A stretch of 64,000 nucleotides of DNA from a virus. Its lineage: Duplodnaviria; Caudoviricetes. The translations under genes were made by a program, and so were the position numbers. The stretch spans positions 96,163 to 160,162 of the IMG/VR virus record IMGVR_UViG_2922690425_000004; one strand, 5' to 3'. Under the pieces are notes generated by a model. The model saw only the letters and a program-made list of their open reading frames with translations. It did no database searches and had not been told where the DNA came from. This document shows positions 43,171-53,817 of this stretch, piece after piece (position 1 is the stretch's first letter; every line of letters begins with the position of its first letter).

Positions 43171-43884
43171 ATGACAGCTAAAAATAATAAGCAAGTAAAA
43201 CAACCATTTTACGCAATTAATGAGACAGTATACATCAAGCCACTCAAGGTGAAAGGTGTTGTTAAGGGACATCTGGACGGTTTGACAGTGGTAACATACT
43301 ATATCAAGAATAAAAGACGGACAAACAAGTTTGATGATTCCTTGCTGCGACAATATAAAGAAAAGAAGAGTTCAATTAGAGATAAAAATAAGTACATGAA
43401 ACCTAATGGAGTAAAATTACATGCTTCACCTATTAACACAAAGGGAGAAATGACAAAAAAACAAATCAAAGTAAAATACTTTACTGATATCGAACCTCTG
43501 CAAAAGATTTCTAAGGGTGATTGGATTGATCTTCGTTCTGCTAATGATGTTGAAATGAAGGCAGGAGAATACAAACTTATCCCTCTTGGTGTAGGGATGA
43601 AGCTACCTGAGGGTTATGAGGCCAACCCAGTACCTCGAAGCAGCACATTTAAGAATTTTGGAATCATTCAAGCAAATCATTTCGGAGTTATTGATAACTC
43701 GTATTCAGGTAACGAAGATCAGTGGCATTTTCCGGCTATTGCTCTTCGGGATACTGTTATCAAAAAGAATGATCGAATTTGTCAGTTTAGAATTCAAAAG
43801 GTAATGCCTGAAATCGAACTTATCACTGTTGATGTGCTTGATGATATTTCAAGAGGTGGATTTGGCAGTACAGGAGTAATGTAA
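43171..43884 (+). CDS. dut: Trimeric dUTPase with a ~93-aa N-terminal extension (internal RBS and ATG at 43450)
   Basis: [33 protein letters not shown] motifs. Confidence 0.92.
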   Translation: MTAKNNKQVKQPFYAINETVYIKPLKVKGVVKGHLDGLTVVTYYIKNKRRTNKFDDSLLRQYKEKKSSIRDKNKYMKPNGVKLHASPINTKGEMTKKQIKVKYFTDIEPLQKISKGDWIDLRSANDVEMKAGEYKLIPLGVGMKLPEGYEANPVPRSSTFKNFGIIQANHFGVIDNSYSGNEDQWHFPAIALRDTVIKKNDRICQFRIQKVMPEIELITVDVLDDISRGGFGSTGVM

Positions 43885-43886
43885 TT

Positions 43887-44672
43887 TTGGGGGTTGTTGT
43901 TGATATAACTGGGAATAAATACGGAAGACTTTTTGTGCTAAATATGTCAAGGATATTCAAACATAAGGCTATGTGGTTATGTATTTGCGATTGCGAAAAC
44001 ACTGTAGAGGTGTCTGGAAGCGATTTAAGAAGTGGACACACCAGAAGTTGCGGCTGCTACCATAAAGATATTGTTACGAAACACGGTTTACGGAGTACTA
44101 AGCTTAATTCAGTTAGATCGGCTATGATAGATAGATGCTACAATATTAAGAATTCCAATTATTATAATTATGGTGGTAGAGGAATCAAAGTATGTGATGA
44201 ATGGTTGAATAAAGAAAAAGGACTATTAGATTTCTACAATTGGGCAATGGATAACGGATACAAAGAAGGTGTATCAATCGACAGGATAAACAATAACGGT
44301 AATTATTGTTCAGAGAATTGCAGATGGGTCGATATGAAAACTCAATTAAACAATCGAAGAAATAATAGGCTTGTTACCATAGGAGGAGAGACAAAAACAG
44401 TTTCGCAGTGGGCTGAGGTTGCTGGTATTGGTACAAGCACTATAGACTTTAGGCTAAGATCGGGTAAATCAGGTGAAGACTTAATTAAAAGTTCATCGCG
44501 TGACAAAACTAAGTCTGGAGTAAAAGGAGTAACATGGGAAGCTAAAAGCAACAAATGGATAGCAAGAGTGCAATTCAATGGCGCGCGCCAATACTTGGGT
44601 CTTTATGAAACAGTAAATGAAGCGAGTTTAGCCATTCAGGATTACTTAAGCAATACAACTGGGCGGTGGTAA
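43887..44672 (+). CDS. HNH-type homing endonuclease with an AP2-like C-terminus
   Basis: WLCICDC, YGGRGIKVCDEW, SIDRINNNGNYCSENCRW, SGVKGV.W. Confidence 0.88.
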   Translation: MGVVVDITGNKYGRLFVLNMSRIFKHKAMWLCICDCENTVEVSGSDLRSGHTRSCGCYHKDIVTKHGLRSTKLNSVRSAMIDRCYNIKNSNYYNYGGRGIKVCDEWLNKEKGLLDFYNWAMDNGYKEGVSIDRINNNGNYCSENCRWVDMKTQLNNRRNNRLVTIGGETKTVSQWAEVAGIGTSTIDFRLRSGKSGEDLIKSSSRDKTKSGVKGVTWEAKSNKWIARVQFNGARQYLGLYETVNEASLAIQDYLSNTTGRW

Positions 44673-44712
44673 TTCCACTGCCTTTAAAATTGATCAAAAG
44701 GAGAATTTATAT

Positions 44713-45396
44713 ATGAACAAAATCGATGTACTAGACAAGGGTTATGTACGATTAGTAGATGTAATGGGTTCGGATCTTACAGTGGTTAATGCTGCAAAAG
44801 CATCATATGCAAAAGAGTCAAAAGAATTAACTGAAAAGGATATTAAGCTAATTAAATTTCTAGCGCGAGAAGATCATACCAGCCCTTTTAGACATGCATT
44901 TCTCCAGTTTGAAGTGTATGCGCCTCTTATGGTAGCTCGACAATGGTGGAAATATATCGTTGGCTCTGACCATACAATGGACGCATGGAACGAGTCTAGT
45001 CGCCGTTACATCACTGAAGAGCCGAACTTTCATGTACCAGCATTTAATGAGTGGCGTTCTAAACCTGAAAACTCAAAGCAAGGCAGCGGAGATATTGTTA
45101 AATTTGAGCTTGGTGAAGAAGCTACATATCGACTTATTAAAACCATTGAGGATGCAGAAAGCAATTATGAGTGGGCCATTGAAAAAGGGATCTGTGCAGA
45201 ACAAGCAAGACTGTTTCTCCCAGCGTACGGTATGTATGTGCGTTGGTATTGGTCTACTTCACTCCAAGGAGTTTGCCATTTCCTAAACCAGAGACTTGAA
45301 CATGACGCTCAAAAAGAAATCCAAGAATACGCAAAAGCAGTTATCGAATTGGCAAAAGAAAGATTCCCTGTTAGCATTGACGAATTAAATAAATAA
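44713..45396 (+). CDS. thyX: FAD-dependent thymidylate synthase
   Basis: HTSPFRH, VARQW, WNESSRRY, EQARLFLP, R...AQKEI. Confidence 0.93.
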   Translation: MNKIDVLDKGYVRLVDVMGSDLTVVNAAKASYAKESKELTEKDIKLIKFLAREDHTSPFRHAFLQFEVYAPLMVARQWWKYIVGSDHTMDAWNESSRRYITEEPNFHVPAFNEWRSKPENSKQGSGDIVKFELGEEATYRLIKTIEDAESNYEWAIEKGICAEQARLFLPAYGMYVRWYWSTSLQGVCHFLNQRLEHDAQKEIQEYAKAVIELAKERFPVSIDELNK

Positions 45397-45443
45397 AAAT
45401 AATGAAATACCTATATACAAAAATAATTAAATATGATAATATG

Positions 45444-45476
45444 AGTACAGGTTAAACGAAGCCTGTACTTTTTTTA
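45444..45476 (+). terminator. Intrinsic terminator
   Basis: AGTACAGG-N10-CCTGTACT followed by a T run. Confidence 0.75.
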
Positions 45477-45499
45477 TTAGGAGGTTGATAGTTTGAAAG

Positions 45500-46039
45500 T
45501 TGCACACAAGAAAGGAAGTGAAGAGTACGCTCTTCTTCATAACAAACATTGCACCTACGATCATATTGGGATTAATGATGAGGTATGGTCGTCGAATATT
45601 TAAAGAAGATTTTTCTCAAATAGATTCAAAATTAAATAGAGAATCGATCTTCAATTCATTTTGTATAGCAATTATGGGCTTCTCAATTCTCTCTAAATTA
45701 TTTTCGCTACTGATCACACAGCAACCAGTTATATCGCATATTCAAACACCGATTATGTATGTGTATGCCATAGCATTTAGCCCTGTATTTGAAGAATTGA
45801 TTTGCAGAAAGTATATATTCACAAAACTACATAAACGTTACAACTTTTGGTTGTCAGCAATATTAAGTTCTATAATATTTGCAATTCCACATTTCAACGC
45901 AGTTAATTTTATAGGGTATGTATTTATCGGAATTGTGTGGAGTTGGTATTATAAAAAGACAGATAACATTCTAGTACCAATATTCAGTCATCTATTATTT
46001 AATTACTTTGTTATTTTATTTATGTCATTGAAAGGGTGA
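45500..46039 (+). CDS. CPBP (CAAX/Abi) family intramembrane metalloprotease
   Basis: PVFEELICR, FAIPH, SHLLFN motifs; hydrophobic. Confidence 0.9.
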   Translation: MHTRKEVKSTLFFITNIAPTIILGLMMRYGRRIFKEDFSQIDSKLNRESIFNSFCIAIMGFSILSKLFSLLITQQPVISHIQTPIMYVYAIAFSPVFEELICRKYIFTKLHKRYNFWLSAILSSIIFAIPHFNAVNFIGYVFIGIVWSWYYKKTDNILVPIFSHLLFNYFVILFMSLKG

Positions 46040-46851
46040 AACATATGAACTTATCAAAAGAAGCAGAAACATTATTGAATTTATGTTGGGTAGACAATGA
46101 GCCGAGATCTACAACTTTCCTTGTTGGTGAAAAGATGATTTTCAATGGAGTCGAGTTTAAGCCAACCGAAGAGACATATGATGAATTACTTGAATATCAG
46201 CAACATTCATTTCGACCATACAAAGTCGAGAAGTTTGGCAAGTTCGTTAATCTCACGGGAAGGAAGGTAAAATAATTTGATTCAAAACATTATACATAAG
46301 ATATTTTGGAGTAAAGCATTTGAGGAAGTCAGAGAAGGACATAGGAAAATGTGCTATGAGCTAGGCATTAAAGATGGTCAGGATGAATTTGATAAAAACA
46401 ATAAATTCTATAAAGAGTTTGCTGAAGCATATAACAAAGAATCAATCATATTAAATTAAATAATACATAGGAGAACAGTTGAATGAAAGTGAGTTACAGA
46501 GTTATTGAGCAGTTTAAAGTGTGTTGTCCAATTAGTTATTTAAAGTGTGATTCAATCACTGATGTTGAATACAAAATTAAAAGGGCAGTTACATTGGGAA
46601 GAAAATATGCTGAACACGAAGACAGAAAATATATACAATACTATCACCTTCAGTTTACAGTACAAAACGGCAAAGTGATTGATTTGATCAAAGATTATGA
46701 TAAATACATAGAAGTAAGCGAGAGTGTAAAAAACGCATATGATCGATTAGAAGGAAAGTTGCTTGTGTAACTCTTCGTAAAAGCCATCTTTTATCAAGAT
46801 GATAAATTCATATAACTTTGTATTAATAATACTAATAGGAGGATTAGCATA

Positions 46852-47132
46852 ATGAGTAAAGTGATTTTTGGAGCTAATAAAGAAATGGTCGGGATGTATG
46901 TGGATCAAGTGTTAGAAAATACGATGACAGTTTAATGGTCTTGGCTCCACCTTCAGGAACGATTAACACCTATGCGCCATCTAAAAAAGGAAAGAACAAG
47001 GGCTATTATCGAGTCAAACTTGAAGTTTGGATTCCTGAAGATGCAATTAAGGGTGAGGACGCATTAAATGATTTTGGCGCATCTATTTTAATGAGACTAC
47101 CCAAAGATAGAGTTGCAGACCATTTGAAGTGA
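46852..47132 (+). pseudogene. Frameshifted hypothetical gene
   Basis: AGGAGG RBS and ATG at 46852; one extra A in GAAAAT near 46915 would join it to ORF 46935..47132. Confidence 0.55.
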
Positions 47133-48401
47133 ACTACGCAAACAATAAAGGAGATGATTCAATGAAAAGTAGTGTGGATTGTGAACTGATTAGTGTTTCA
47201 CTTAGTGGTGAAAATTATTTTGGCGAAGATGTTGAACTTAATGGAAGTGCAAAAATTAAAGTTGATATCTCGATGGAGAAATTATTTGGAAAAACATTGG
47301 AGTGTTCCGAAACAGAATATATCAGTCTGTCAATGTTCTCTAAAGGAACTCAACAAAAAGCAATAGAATTGTTTGAACAAATTAAAACAGAAATTAAGAA
47401 CGAGATAAAAATCTAATTTTATCACTAAATACGGATATGTAAATGGAGGAATAGAATGTGGAAGAAGAATATGAACGTCTTAAAGTGATCAACGACACTT
47501 TAGTTAATAAAGGTGAATACATTTTTAAGGAAGAAAATGCTGCTCAAAAATTTGCAAGAGAAGTGTTATCAGAGGCAGAAAACCAATACTCAGATGAGGG
47601 CTATTATCGCACTTATGAAGATTTCAAAGATTTTCTTTATACTCATCATGTTGATAGTATTGCCTACTTCATTTATGAAGAGAAGTATTCAAACTGATTT
47701 ATGATCAAATACCTGTTTTTTTATTTAGAGGAAGAGTTTCTGATTGTACAAATTAAATAGTTATTGAATAGAGGGGGACGCAAGTGAATAAAATAGAAAG
47801 TCTAATTAATGATTTCATGAAGAGTATCTTTCACGATGAGATAGTTATTGATAATTTTAGTGAAGAGAGCAGAGATATTGAATTCACATTGATTAATAAA
47901 CTCTTTAAAGACGAAACGTATGTGTTGATAGATACTTACTGTCAGGATGAAAACGAGCTTGCCGAATATCTATCCAAATATTTCTTTGATAGTTTTAAGG
48001 AGTATATTGAGGATCTGCGTAAATCAGCGGATTTGGCATTATGCGATGAACCAGACGAAATGGAGTATGAAAATTGTTATCCTTCAATTGACGATATTGC
48101 TTATAGTATGGGGTTTGACATTGACGATGATGGACATTGGACTGAACGTTCAAATGATGATTTTGGATGGTGGAGCTATGACAATTGTGGCCCACACACT
48201 TACTATGAAGAAATAGATGGTGACAATGTTTATGAATATGAAGATCACATATTTTTCAAAACACGCCGAATAATCAATAGGGCAGATTACGAGAAAAAAA
48301 TTATGCCATTTTCAGACCATGAATACAGTGATGATCCGTTTGAAATTAAACCACGACAGAATTTGCAGAACAATTTGTGAATTTCTACTGGAGGAAGATG
48401 A

Positions 48402-49520
48402 ATGAGTAAATATGAATTAAGTTTATCAAAAGACTATGTACCAACTTGGACAGTAGTTGATGCTGTACGTGAATTGTTTCAAAATGCACTCGATCAGCAA
48501 ACGATATCGGATGACAATAAAATGTTCTTCAAATATGATAACGAAAAGCAAATCCTGCATATTGGAAACAAATCATCTATCCTAAATGTGAAAACTCTTC
48601 TGCTTGGCTCTTCATCTAAACGTGACGATCCAAATACAATTGGTCAATTTGGAGAAGGGTATAAAATTGCTACACTAGTGTTGACTCGACTCAATAAACC
48701 AGTGACCTTTTATAACTATGGAGCAAAAGAAGTTTGGAAGCCTAGATTCGTTAATAGTCGTCGTTATGGTGAAGAAATACTAACTTTTTTCGTTGATAAA
48801 AAATATCCATGGGAGAAAGCACCCGACAATAATCTAACTATTGTTATTGAGAATATTACAAATCAAGAATATCACGATATTTTAGAATCTAATCTTCATT
48901 TACAGGAAGTTGGAGAAATAATTGAAAGTAGCTTTGGACGAATACTTGAAGAAGATAGATACAAAGGTAAAGTGTTTGTTAATGGACTGTTTGTATGCAA
49001 TTACAGTGAGTATACAAAAGGATATGATTTCAAGCCTGAGTACATAAAGATTGATAGGGATAGAAAGTTGGCAGACTCATTTGAATTGAAATGGTTGTCT
49101 TCAAGGATGCTGAGTGGCGTTAACTCGAATAAGACTGTTGATATGATCAAAAGTAGCTCTCCAGATGTTCAATATATTACAAGTGCCTATGCTACAAACG
49201 AAAACAATAAGCTCAGAGAGATTGTAGATAATGTTTATGATGATTTTAGAAATGAACATGGCGAGAATGCTATTCCTGTTTCAAATCAAGAAGAGTATAT
49301 AGAGGTGTCTAAATCGGCAAAGTATAGACCAATTTATGTTTCATCGTCACATGCAATTGCAATTAAAACTAGCCACAAATATGTGAAGCCTATTCTAGAA
49401 CCAGAAAAGAAAGAATCGGTAAATAAAAGACTCGTTACATGGTTAGACAGTCACAAACAAAGCTTGTCTAAAAAAGCAATTAAGCAGCTAGAAGAAATTA
49501 TAGAAGACGTTGTTGAATAA
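48402..49520 (+). CDS. GHKL (HATPase_c) ATP-binding protein
   Basis: AVRELFQNALD, LGSSSKR, IGQFGEGYK motifs. Confidence 0.82.
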   Translation: MSKYELSLSKDYVPTWTVVDAVRELFQNALDQQTISDDNKMFFKYDNEKQILHIGNKSSILNVKTLLLGSSSKRDDPNTIGQFGEGYKIATLVLTRLNKPVTFYNYGAKEVWKPRFVNSRRYGEEILTFFVDKKYPWEKAPDNNLTIVIENITNQEYHDILESNLHLQEVGEIIESSFGRILEEDRYKGKVFVNGLFVCNYSEYTKGYDFKPEYIKIDRDRKLADSFELKWLSSRMLSGVNSNKTVDMIKSSSPDVQYITSAYATNENNKLREIVDNVYDDFRNEHGENAIPVSNQEEYIEVSKSAKYRPIYVSSSHAIAIKTSHKYVKPILEPEKKESVNKRLVTWLDSHKQSLSKKAIKQLEEIIEDVVE

Positions 49521-49552
49521 TTGAAAATAAAAGATAAAAGGAGTAATTAATA

Positions 49553-50299
49553 ATGACACTAGAAAATAGTATTAAGGATGTAATTTCTAAAAAACTTGAG
49601 GATGGAACAGTTGAAAAACTTATTGAACAGCAACTAGAGAAGGGAGTGGTTAACGCTCTTGAAAACTTGTTCAGATCCTACGGAGATGTCACCAAAATTA
49701 TTGAGGAGAAAGTGAAGTCGGTTATGGTTCCTCATCTTGAGAATTATGATTATTCACAATACATAACAAAGCTAGATAGTGTCTTGGTTGACGTTCTTCA
49801 AAATTCAGCACTTGAGAATAAACAGCTACTTCAGAATTTTAAAAGTATCATGACAACTGACAATGTAGATAAGCAAATGAATGTCTCAAGGCTTTATGAA
49901 CAGTGGATGGATTTTGTTGCTGAGAATATCGACACAAGTAAACTAGAGGTTAATTATGACGATGGTGTTAGTTACGAATATGCAGAAGTCAGTCTGGAGC
50001 TGGAAAGTGATGATACTAGAAGTTGGAGTATATACGAGTATGCAAATTTAATCTTTGAATGTGAGCAAGATGAGGAAATGAACCAATCCATTAGACTGTA
50101 TCGATGGAAAGAAAGCAAAGATAAGGGGTGGGATATTGAACGACACGGAATCATGAATTTACAATCGCTTAGACACCTAAACGACTTTGAAGTATTGTTA
50201 ATGAATTTAAATCAGAATCATATTAAATTGAACATTGATACGGAATCTGAATCAGATAGTGTTGAAGTAAAAGCAGAACCCGAACCGACATTTAGTTAA
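49553..50299 (+). CDS. Hypothetical acidic phage protein
   Basis: AAGGAG RBS, 248 aa. Confidence 0.7.
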   Translation: MTLENSIKDVISKKLEDGTVEKLIEQQLEKGVVNALENLFRSYGDVTKIIEEKVKSVMVPHLENYDYSQYITKLDSVLVDVLQNSALENKQLLQNFKSIMTTDNVDKQMNVSRLYEQWMDFVAENIDTSKLEVNYDDGVSYEYAEVSLELESDDTRSWSIYEYANLIFECEQDEEMNQSIRLYRWKESKDKGWDIERHGIMNLQSLRHLNDFEVLLMNLNQNHIKLNIDTESESDSVEVKAEPEPTFS

Positions 50300-50334
50300 T
50301 ACATACTCTTGATGAAACACTTGTTTTATAGAAC

Positions 50335-50368
50335 TCGCTGCTCCTCAGGAGTCTATAAGGAGCAGCGA
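50335..50368. terminator. GC-rich hairpin between convergent ORFs
   Basis: TCGCTGCTCCT-N12-AGGAGCAGCGA. Confidence 0.7.
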
Positions 50369-50373
50369 ACTTA

Positions 50374-50532
50374 TTAATGGGTTAATTCGAGAACAATTTC
50401 AAGCAATACATCAAATAGAACTTCTTTTGATTCCCATACAGAATCCATAAAACGATTTGGAAAGATTACATTTACGTAGATAGAAATGCATTTTTTGCGA
50501 CAGAAATTTAATAAATGAGTAAAAATGATCAA
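50374..50532 (-). CDS. 52-aa small protein (not in ORF track)
   Basis: Minus-strand GAGGAG RBS, TTG start, open frame to TAA, terminator immediately downstream. Confidence 0.5.
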   Translation of the reverse strand: MIIFTHLLNFCRKKCISIYVNVIFPNRFMDSVWESKEVLFDVLLEIVLELTH

Positions 50533-50709
50533 GGTGTAACCACTCCTCTATTTTGTGACTCCTACACCTTGATTTTTCAGACAATTTTGCGCTCTATATA
50601 TGAGTACATTGTTAATTTTTATAGACAGATATGCTCTTATGAGAACGCGTTTCACTTTAGTTAGTACAATTGCTATTTGTGCAGTACAAAATGATTTTAG
50701 CGAAAGAAA

Positions 50710-51402
50710 ATGCAAAAAATTTCATTATACATAGAGGCGAAATACATGATTAACAAGACTTTAAATTATAAAAGAGATCCTAGCTTGAACAATGAAGAGA
50801 TGATTAAAGAGGCAAAACTAACAAACAATAAAGACATCAGGGATAAGATTATAAATAATAATATTCCTTTTGTTAAAAGCCTAGCTGACCGCTGGTTTAA
50901 ACGTGGAGTTCCAGAAGAGTTTGATGATCTAGTGGGAATGGGAATGGTAGCACTAATGAAGGCTTACGATACATATGACATAAGCAAAAATATTAAATTT
51001 ACTTCATATCTTGGAAAAGTGGTATGGAAAGAATTTATGGCACATTCCAGATATAAAAGCATGAAATGTCGAAGCAAGTACTACAGTATTAGCTTCAATG
51101 AAACACTCCATAAATCAAAAGGAACAGACGAAGAAAAGCTACTTGCTGAAGTTATTTCAAATGACAGTCACCTAGATTATCTGACAGTCGAGGATGAAAT
51201 GTTCAATACACATTTAGTTGAACAAATGGATGCATTGTTGGCGAAGAAGGAAAGAGCTGTTGCTGACAAGTACTTTTTTGAAGGGAAAAGCATATCGGAA
51301 ATTGGAGTTGAACTTGGTGTGTCGCGTCAGGCAGCGCATCAAGCTTTTCAAAGAACAATAAAACGACTGAAACCAATCTATACTAATTGGGAAGTGGTTT
51401 AA
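50710..51402 (+). CDS. Sigma-70 family RNA polymerase sigma factor, sporulation-type (likely start 50746)
   Basis: Region 2 NNIPFVKSLA...DDLVGMGMVALMKAYDTYD...KFTSY; region 4 SISEIGVELGVSRQAAHQ. Confidence 0.9.
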   Translation: MQKISLYIEAKYMINKTLNYKRDPSLNNEEMIKEAKLTNNKDIRDKIINNNIPFVKSLADRWFKRGVPEEFDDLVGMGMVALMKAYDTYDISKNIKFTSYLGKVVWKEFMAHSRYKSMKCRSKYYSISFNETLHKSKGTDEEKLLAEVISNDSHLDYLTVEDEMFNTHLVEQMDALLAKKERAVADKYFFEGKSISEIGVELGVSRQAAHQAFQRTIKRLKPIYTNWEVV

Positions 51403-51403
51403 T

Positions 51404-51592
51404 CTGAACAGAAAACAACTTTTAACCTTCACTATTAACTTATTAACTATATTGACTGCTTGCTGTCTAGTAGGTGCAATTTATGGTCTGATTTATCCCC
51501 AAACTACAACCCCTTGGTTTTGGTTTGGATTCTCTGGAGTTTGTTTATTAAGTGTTGTTTTAGATTATTTAGACTATCGAAAATTGAAGTAA
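51404..51592 (+). CDS. 62-aa two-TM membrane protein with CTG start (not in ORF track)
   Basis: Open hydrophobic frame ending at the TAA of site 51590. Confidence 0.5.
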   Translation: MNRKQLLTFTINLLTILTACCLVGAIYGLIYPQTTTPWFWFGFSGVCLLSVVLDYLDYRKLK

Positions 51593-53361
51593 AACTCATA
51601 TTTTACATAGAGGAGATGATCAAATTTAATGGACAAAGAATTATACAGATACACGAAAAAACTAATTAAACAAGCTTTCCCTAAATACAAAAGAATTCAA
51701 GTGGGTGCTACACTAACCGAAGTGTTAATAGAAAGAAGCGATAGCTACACAAAAAAGATTCCTTTAGTGAAATTCACAGTTGTATGCAATTCGTATGGTC
51801 TTTTTACGACAAATAGACATCAAATAAATGTAGCTGTTGATCAACTGACGAATAGGGTCTATTGGAATTTTGAGAGATTGTAATGGACGATTGGAGATGG
51901 GACTGTGATTATATTTTGGATTGGATTTTTGTTTATGATGGCACAAATGGTACACGTAGGAATTTATAAAAACCTAAAGAGAAACTTTACTTGGAATCAA
52001 CTTGGCTGGTTTGTGCTGGGACTGATTGATGGAGTCTTTTTAAAGTATATCCATAATCTTAGATAAGGAGTGCCTACATGAACAAGAAAAAACTTGAAGA
52101 GATATTTTATTCCAAAGAGATGGAACAGATTAGGCTTGATTATTATAACAATGCATATAATCAGGGAAAATTCGATGAAACAATGAAGAAAATGAATCCC
52201 AAAACATTGATCATTATGCATGATGGAGACTTTGAAGTCTGGAAAGGTAAGGTATGGTATTCAGATAAAGATCAGTACAACATTTCAGTTGAGGGTTACA
52301 TGGGGTTTGAAACTATTCAGCAAGGCATTGAGTTATACGAAATGTTTAATGCAGAACTATTGAGATACATAGAACAAAACGGTGGTCTGAAAGGTAGGCA
52401 CGAGTGGAAGAAGGTATATCATACTAGAGCAGTCGAGGTATCAAACGAACATGATAGTTACTGGATTTTTCTTGATGGATACAAATCTGAAGAGATTAGT
52501 GACCTTTATTGGTATATGTGTGATGTAATTGAGCAACTGAAACGGTTAAACAAAAATTTAAATATAACTAAAATTATGAAAGAGGTAGCATATGAAAATA
52601 GTACTCGATTTACTAACTGACAGCTATAACTCATATTCATCAGAAACAATTGATTTTGAATCTTACAGTGATTCTTCGGAAGTGGAGATAAGGTTGGGAG
52701 ACAGAGTGGTTGGTATTGATAAGCAAGAATTAATTAAGTCAATTGAAGCACTATGTAAGTAAAAGATGCATTTTACGAGGAGATGGAACATATGGCTTTT
52801 GATATTGAGAATTATAAAAATGAAACGCAGTACTATATTGATGAGTTTAAATTATGTTCTTACAAGGACGAAGATGGGTTTCCCAACGTTTATGTTGATA
52901 GAGTTTGGAGTACCATAGACAAAATGGATGAGAAGATGAAAGATAAAGTATTGTTTTGGTTTGCGGCAGAACATCTAACATTGATTAATAAATAAAAGGT
53001 AACTTGTAAAATGAGTAAAGGAGATGTAACGATGAAGATTGAACGCGAAGAAGTTGTTTATACGTATGAAACAGAAGAAGAAGGCATTAATCACCAAAAA
53101 CTGATGGAATCACAAGGGTGGAAGATTAGAGACGTTCACCCTTATATATTAAAAATAACCTATGTTAAATAATTCGGCTTGAATCGGAGGTACAAATTGA
53201 TTCAAAACTACATGGAAATCATGAATAACAAGAAAGATTCTAAACAAATTTCAGATGAAGAATATGCAAAATACATAAGCAAGCTATGGCAGTGGCAAAT
53301 AAATAGTACAACAGAATATTATCAATCGGAGGATGATCATTTTTGATGATCAATAATACAT

Positions 53362-53817
53362 ATGAAATTTTTAAATCAAGATGATATTTTTCAAATTTTA
53401 AGGAAATCACTTAAGAAGCATTATGGCAATTTTAGAAGCGAGCCTAAGATTGAAATTGATGTTGATGTAATGGCTAGTAAATATGATTTTTATTCGAGAA
53501 AAATTAATTTTAGTGGAAAGATTGTATCTTTTAAATATAATGAGGAAATCTATAAGAGAAGACTTACTTTGAAAGAAATTGAGGGAATGATTAAATTAGA
53601 GTTAGGTGGAGAAGTAAATGTTGCAGCATACATAAATGAGATTGAAGAAGTCTTAACAAGAGATAGTTACAATAAACACACTGTTTTAGTGGCTACAGTG
53701 ACAAACGAAGAACTTTCTTTAGATAAAGATTGCACCATGACTTTAATCGATATGGCAATCGACATGAACGACAAAGAGTGGTTTATCGAGCTATCAAATA
53801 GATATAAGCAATTATAG
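53362..53817 (+). CDS. IDEAL domain protein
   Basis: C-terminal LIDMAIDMNDKEWFIELS. Confidence 0.75.
   Translation: MKFLNQDDIFQILRKSLKKHYGNFRSEPKIEIDVDVMASKYDFYSRKINFSGKIVSFKYNEEIYKRRLTLKEIEGMIKLELGGEVNVAAYINEIEEVLTRDSYNKHTVLVATVTNEELSLDKDCTMTLIDMAIDMNDKEWFIELSNRYKQL

Noticed and set aside
50641-50656. GAACGCGTTTC as a LexA box upstream of the sigma gene
   Set aside because: Does not fit GAAC-N4-GTTC
9034-51424. Weaker look-alike sites at ~9034, 12784, 15273, 17208, 32397, 37332, 51409
   Set aside because: Two or more mismatches off the usual pattern, or wrong spacer length, in AT-rich DNA; left out of the count
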